Assembly (NCBI RefSeq): GCF_964204645.1
Contig: NC_134034.1
Span: 10,056,962 to 10,120,961, forward strand
Length of the DNA: 64,000 nucleotides
Source of the DNA: Tubulanus polymorphus
Taxonomy: Eukaryota > Animalia > Nemertea
Direction: 5' to 3'
Below the pieces are notes generated by a model. The model saw nothing but the letters and a program-made list of their open reading frames with translations. It was not told where the DNA came from and did not search any database. How positions within the stretch are numbered: position 1 is the stretch's first letter; each line of letters opens with the position of its first letter. Both the position numbers and the translations under genes were made by a program. This document shows, one piece after another, positions 58,298 through 64,000 of this stretch.

Positions 58298-61200
58298 AAG
58301 GTCTCTAAAATGCATTTGCACAGACATCGAAGTGCATATAATCGGAGTCGTGATGAAATGTTGATATTTTCCTCTGGCAGTCGAGATTAAATCTGCTGCT
58401 CCGGACGATGTTTTCCACATTGGGTAGGATATCTTCTGAGAGTCCATTCAAGTCAATCCCTCCCGGCGTCGAATGGATTAAAAAGCTGCTTAATTGCCAA
58501 TTAAGCGTTTAATTAACGATCAAACCATCCCCGGTCCGCCTTTTAACGGAGGCAATCAACTCACTCGCGATGATAGTTTCATCGCTAAGTTGAGACAATA
58601 TTATTCGCGAGGAGCGCCTGATTTTTTCTTATCGTTCGAGAGAGTCGAATATATCCGGCAATCCCTTCAGGTCGTATATCATCCCAGAGCCCCGTTTAGA
58701 AGGGCGGTATCTCATGAAAAAAAAATCATTTTATTCATTTACGGGTCTCCGCGGATTTCGTTCGGCAAATATATGTAATTTCTTATCGCGAGTTCCCCGA
58801 GCTAAAATGAGTCAATTTGATGCAGGTCGGGGTTGGGGTGGAAGGGAAGGGGGAGCGAGGGGCGGACTGAATAGATTGTTTATATGAATAAAAGCAAGAA
58901 GACTGGATTAGCATTCGTGGCACGGACTCGTGGAGTGCGGTTCAACCCCCGACGGGTTCTCAGTGGGCGAACGAGACATTCACTTACGAAAGGATTGCGA
59001 AATTACTGATACCGAATGAACCTGCGCGGCTTCGTCGAAAAAAGGAGGCGAGAATATTATTATTTTTTTGTTTCGCGTATTCGGGGCGCGGTTAGAAATC
59101 AAGAAAGGGATTTATACCAACGGACGAGAGTTGACTCTGGCGAGCGAAGAAAACAGATCGACTGAAAAAAGCTGGAACGATTAGATTCAGAATGGACTTG
59201 AAAAGCATTTTTCTGGTTTCATTCTTGGTAGCGACTATTTTCGGATTGTCGGAATCGAGTAAGTCGACATTATTTGATTTAGAAATTGAAAAAAAAAGTT
59301 TTGCTTCTTTTCTCATAAACTCAGCGATGCGTTAAAAGTAGGTTCGAAACATTTTCTCTTTGAGATGTGGTAGTTTATATGGTGAAAAGAAACTGTTGCC
59401 AATATATCTGCTGATTTCCTCAAATTACATATATGTTTATAACCCACTGTTAACAGAATTTAGAAGATTACGAACGAATTTTATTTCTCGGAATTTAAAT
59501 CAAGATAAACGCGACGTTTCGCGATACTTCGAATTCGAAGCGTCGTGTATTTTGATTTTAATTCTTGATTAATAAGAAATTCGTTTTTGACCTTTTAAAT
59601 CTTAATAAACTTTATTAAGGGGCGTAAACTTGTTATCTGTGCTACGTGTCCGGCCTATTCTACTTCCTCACATTTTTCATTCTATTTCCAACCAGGATGT
59701 ATGTGGATCGGTCGGTATCCGATGTGCGCGGCCAAACGATCGGACTGCTCACGACACCGGATGATCGCTAAGAAAGTTAGTTCAATAGGCGACGGTCGCC
59801 GCGCCTGCTGGACCGGTCGTAAAGTCCTCTGCTGTTCGAAGTCGATCTGGGACCACCGAAGAGATGTACGTAACCGTCACGTGCTGCCACCTAGGGACCA
59901 CCGATGAGATACATAACCGTCGTCTGAAGAGTCGTCAATTCAGATTTATGATTCCTCGAATCCGGGTCTTTCTGTTTCTTAAGTGGAAAAAAATAAAACG
60001 ACTATGATGATTATAAACGAGATACTCTCGATTTTGGTTCCTAGACATTAAAAAAGAAACAGGTCAACTCCTTTGGTTCACCGAGAACCTTCGTGTTAGC
60101 GCGACCCCTGGTGATTCATGCTAATATTAGCACTACTGCAATGAGAGCCAAAGACTTTCGCGGAACGCCTACTTCCACAGTCCGTACAATTCTTCCGGAA
60201 ACAGCCGAAAAGTCCCGACAAAAACAGACGACGTATTTGTCAACAACACGATTGTGATAAAGAACCGCAATGATATATATATTTCACGTACGTACGTATA
60301 TAATTTGAAACAGACAATAATAATTACTATCATTATAATTTTGTAATAGATAGCGTAATTATAATAATAGTAATAATAATAATGAAAACCTTAATAATAA
60401 TAATAATAATAACTAGATATTCATTTAAATGACGTAACTGCGTATAATTTCTGACCTTTCATTTCATTTATCTCGTATTCAAAGTGCGCGGTGTCAAAGT
60501 CATTCGATCACGCACGCTGTGGTGAATACGATAGTCAGACGATTAGTTACCGAAGAAGAGCAATAAATCACGTATACATTTTTAACTACATTATTCACTA
60601 AGAAGAACAAATCATAGCAGCAGTTTTTTGTATTCAACGGGCTTCCCGCAAGTTCCACCTGTGACAATCGAGGATTCGCCATGCGCGACTTCCGGAATGG
60701 CCTTGTTTCAAGGTCACTTCACAATTTCAATGCGGGCAACCATTCAACCGATTCAAGCTTGAAATTGATGCATTAAAAATTGGCCAAGCGCTTCGATTAG
60801 TCTTTTACACTATCGATTCACCTTTTCACCAGAATTTACGGTGACTCTTTTGATGATATTCGAATTGGGCAATCAGCCAGTAACAGGTTTTAACGGGAAG
60901 CCCACTAAAGGTCATACAATGGACAAAATAAGGGACTCGAACCCAAACCCAAGGAGACCGTTTTTAAGGCTATATCGTGAAAAAAATTGTTCAAATATTT
61001 TTCCGAGTTCAGCTCAAGCCTTTTTATGCCAAGAACCATACACGCAACTTTCACCGGAACCATACAGAGAATTCTGCTTCACCGGAAATTGAAAACCTCG
61101 CGTACAATGTACAAAAATACCGGGTTATTATCGAATACATTTTTTTACCTCCCGTCCATATAAGTCAACAATCCTTCTCGTTAGAAAAAGTACCTAATTT

Positions 61201-62487
61201 ACGTCCATTTTCAAACCCAATATGGCGTCAATAATAACTCAGAATATATCTTGGAACACGAACATTTTTTAATCACATTTCAAAAACGATTCGCGAGACT
61301 TATTTGCAACAAGATTTAAGGCATAATGATATTCAGAACAACTCAATCCAGGGACGTAGCCAAATTGTATAGCCCTGTAGGACCGGTCCTACACCCCTGC
61401 GGGGGCAAGTTATCATTTTTATTCTTAAAACACAACAAACTTGCTGGACGAGTTGAATTGTCTAGATTCATTTACATGTGGTATTACCCTTTGTCATCTA
61501 ATGATGAGTTGAAATGTAATTTTGACACATTACAGTGACATATGTATTCTATATTTCATTTTCTTGTGCCAATGACTCTTTAAAATCCTGGCTACGCCTC
61601 TGCAATTTCATATACTTCGTATTGAAGTTTATCTTACATTTAATGTACATTTACAAGAAGATAGGTTCATCAAACACTAAATCTTCGATTGATAGTCTAC
61701 AGCGTTCGCTTTACTTCCACGGAAGCGAAATGTTCAAATAAAGCCACTATATCGATTACGTCACTCATTAACCGCAGACGATTAACACGAAGCGACGGCG
61801 ATTGCGGGTGGCTCCGGATTATGGGATTAAGTTCGCGAAGCCTTTGCGAAAGAGAAACGGTAACATGAAGTGGCACAGCAAAACACGAAATAAAGACGAA
61901 ATTCGCAGAGAGGTGAAGTTGGCAATTTCGCTGAAATGCAATCTGTTGATGGCATCGCCTGATTGTCATTCTCTTCGACATCCTGTCATCCTGTTACGAC
62001 GCGAAACCCTCTCGTGCCGTTGCTGAGTCTAGCGTTGCCATTAGGTTCGAATCCCTGCCGGGGAGGTTGCGTGCGCGACAACTCCGGTAAAAATTGTCGA
62101 CACAATTTGCTCGACACGCGAGTGCACACAAAAACGTATGCTACATGTATTAGCGTACGATGGATATTCTCCCAGGGTAGTCGAATAAAACGCTAATCGC
62201 TAACCCTGTAGACGAATGAAGAACTCCCACGATAGAATTTCTATGATAATTAGAAAAAAATGAAACCTCCACGTTCCGGCTGTTCACTAGCCATCATCAG
62301 GCGGAATGACCAGAAACGGAAGTCACAAGCACATAAACTCACAGGAAACTTACAGAAGCTATGTGTCAGAACATTGACTCTAAATTCGATTAAGAGTCCA
62401 TGGTGAGAACTAATATGAACTAGCAATAAAAGCAACAAGGCGTAAAACCACAGGATTCTAAACGGCACTTCTGTTACTGATCAAATG

Positions 62488-62529
62488 CCGCCTGATGATG
62501 GATGTTAGTCAACAGACGAAACGTTGTGG
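62488..62529 (+). ncRNA. Minimal hammerhead-like motif (decayed inverted partner at 62269-62304, - strand)
   Basis: ccgc-CTGATGA-tggatgttagtcaacagac-GAAA-C-GTT-gtgg. The partner reads ccgcCTGATGAtggct..agccGGAACGTG on the minus strand. Confidence 0.5.
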
Positions 62530-64000
62530 TTTTAATAGATTATAATTACGGGGACGGGAATGGGGGTTGGGGTATTGACTATCAAAGGAGTAATGGGGAA
62601 CCGCAACACCAGCGCTACCCCGGGCACTCAGTCTTGCGTTATCAAAATTAGTTCATTTTCAATGAAATTTAAACTGAATTCATAGGCTCTAGAATGCATA
62701 TATCATCACAGGACCGACCAGATATTCAATAAATTCAATTTTCTACTCAGATATCGGTATTGTTTTCATTAAAAATTGATCTGTTTAAGAAATAGTTCAT
62801 CTAATCAGTTTTCATTGAAATGTCGAATGAGAAATCAAACGCGGAAGACCGAGTAGCTACTAGCGACACCTGATGGATCCTCGCCTGCCATAAGTGGAAT
62901 CCTCGATTGCCACAGGAGGTCGTAGGTTCCCGAATATCACGCAGAAGATTATTTCACCTGTCAGAGTTAGGCGTTAAGTGAAAACTATCATAATCATCGT
63001 CATCATGGTATTTCTAAAAGCTATTCAATGTGATACGTTAATCACAAAATTATCCCGACGGTAGTTAATAAATCGATAAATAGGTATAACACAACGGGAT
63101 GATAAGTATGCGCATTGATAACTGATAAGCGATAAATGATAATGCGAAAAATGGATGAGATATGTATATGGAAAATGATAACACCCTATAATAACCCCCG
63201 ATTATCTATCATATTGTGTCTACGACATTTCAACTCTAAGAGAAAACTTCGCGGAAAAACTATTTTGTGTGATTCAACAAAATGAAAGATTGATCTCAGT
63301 TCTACAGATGAGAATTAGGTTATTAAGACCAGTTCAAGTTTATTTTGGTCCCAAAATATGTTACAAGTTAAGACAGACAATATATAAACCTGTCTCTTCA
63401 GACTTAAGTCTGGAACCTGCGAGCAATCATCTCATGTTGTTAAGTTTCGCTGCAACGTCGAGATAATTGCTCGTAGTAGATGGAACCGACTCTCGGCGTA
63501 ACCGTACTATGATCGTACGATCATTCAATTTCTCGAGTTCTCTCATTGGTCGGTTCGTCTAAATACCTCGGGTATGATGGACCAATCAGATTAAGTAGTA
63601 TTTACATTTACCAGTAAAACACGGTTCTGAAAAAAGACTTTAAAATGGCCCATATTTTCACACAAAGGAATTTCAACTCCTCAAACGTATTAACAATCTT
63701 ATAATCTATCTGAGGGATTTGCGGAATATCCTCCGGATCCTGCACTTGCGATTGTACAAGCATATATACTTATTTACTTATGACACACTAAGATCTACGT
63801 TATCTATTATAATGTTTCACCTTTCCGAAGAAATCGATGATAAAACTGAACTGAGTGAGAAACTTAACTTGATATATATTAATCACAGCGCCGTTGATTC
63901 TCGCGATGCAGCCGTCGTAGTTGTGTCAAGGTCACGTCGGTGCGGCGTGTACAATTGACTCGAATCGATTGACTTAAATCGACTGTCGTTGCGGCGGAAA

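Noticed and set aside
62165-62220. miR-10-like aaccctgtaga in a weak hairpin
   Set aside because: It lies on the 3' arm, diverges after the seed, and pairing is irregular.
57400-64000. Short ORFs in the right-hand 6.6 kb
   Set aside because: No recognisable domains or phase-consistent exon chain. Treated as intergenic or regulatory.

Overview
Eukaryotic genomic DNA, animal-like and probably invertebrate. It has AT-rich GT-AG introns, unusually CpG-rich exons and many small DNA-transposon, SINE and Penelope-type relics. I assembled exon chains by hand and checked splice phases. They give: (1) a + strand KDM4/JMJD2 histone demethylase (4784-13849, ~1454 aa) whose intact JmjN-JmjC module splices in frame to one 3-kb exon with ~19 C2H2/C2HC zinc fingers, in place of the PHD/Tudor tail of typical animal KDM4A-C. 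This is the most striking observation. (2) A - strand shugoshin (26939-17509, ~1386 aa). (3) A + strand uncharacterised acidic, probably disordered protein (29672-37411, ~1562 aa), head-to-head with shugoshin. (4) A - strand uncharacterised ~1589-aa protein (50847-41430) with duplicated exon pairs, clustered SUMO motifs and RVxF/SILK-like motifs. (5) An intronless histamine-N-methyltransferase-like gene (56757-55852) with an inverted, frameshifted partial copy just upstream. Non-coding highlights are minimal hammerhead ribozyme motifs in inverted-repeat elements, several intronic minisatellites whose monomers match transposon or SINE termini found elsewhere in the window, and a 60-bp satellite with a 785-bp higher-order repeat. 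No database searches were run. Family calls rest on motif recognition and gene models are not transcript-validated.
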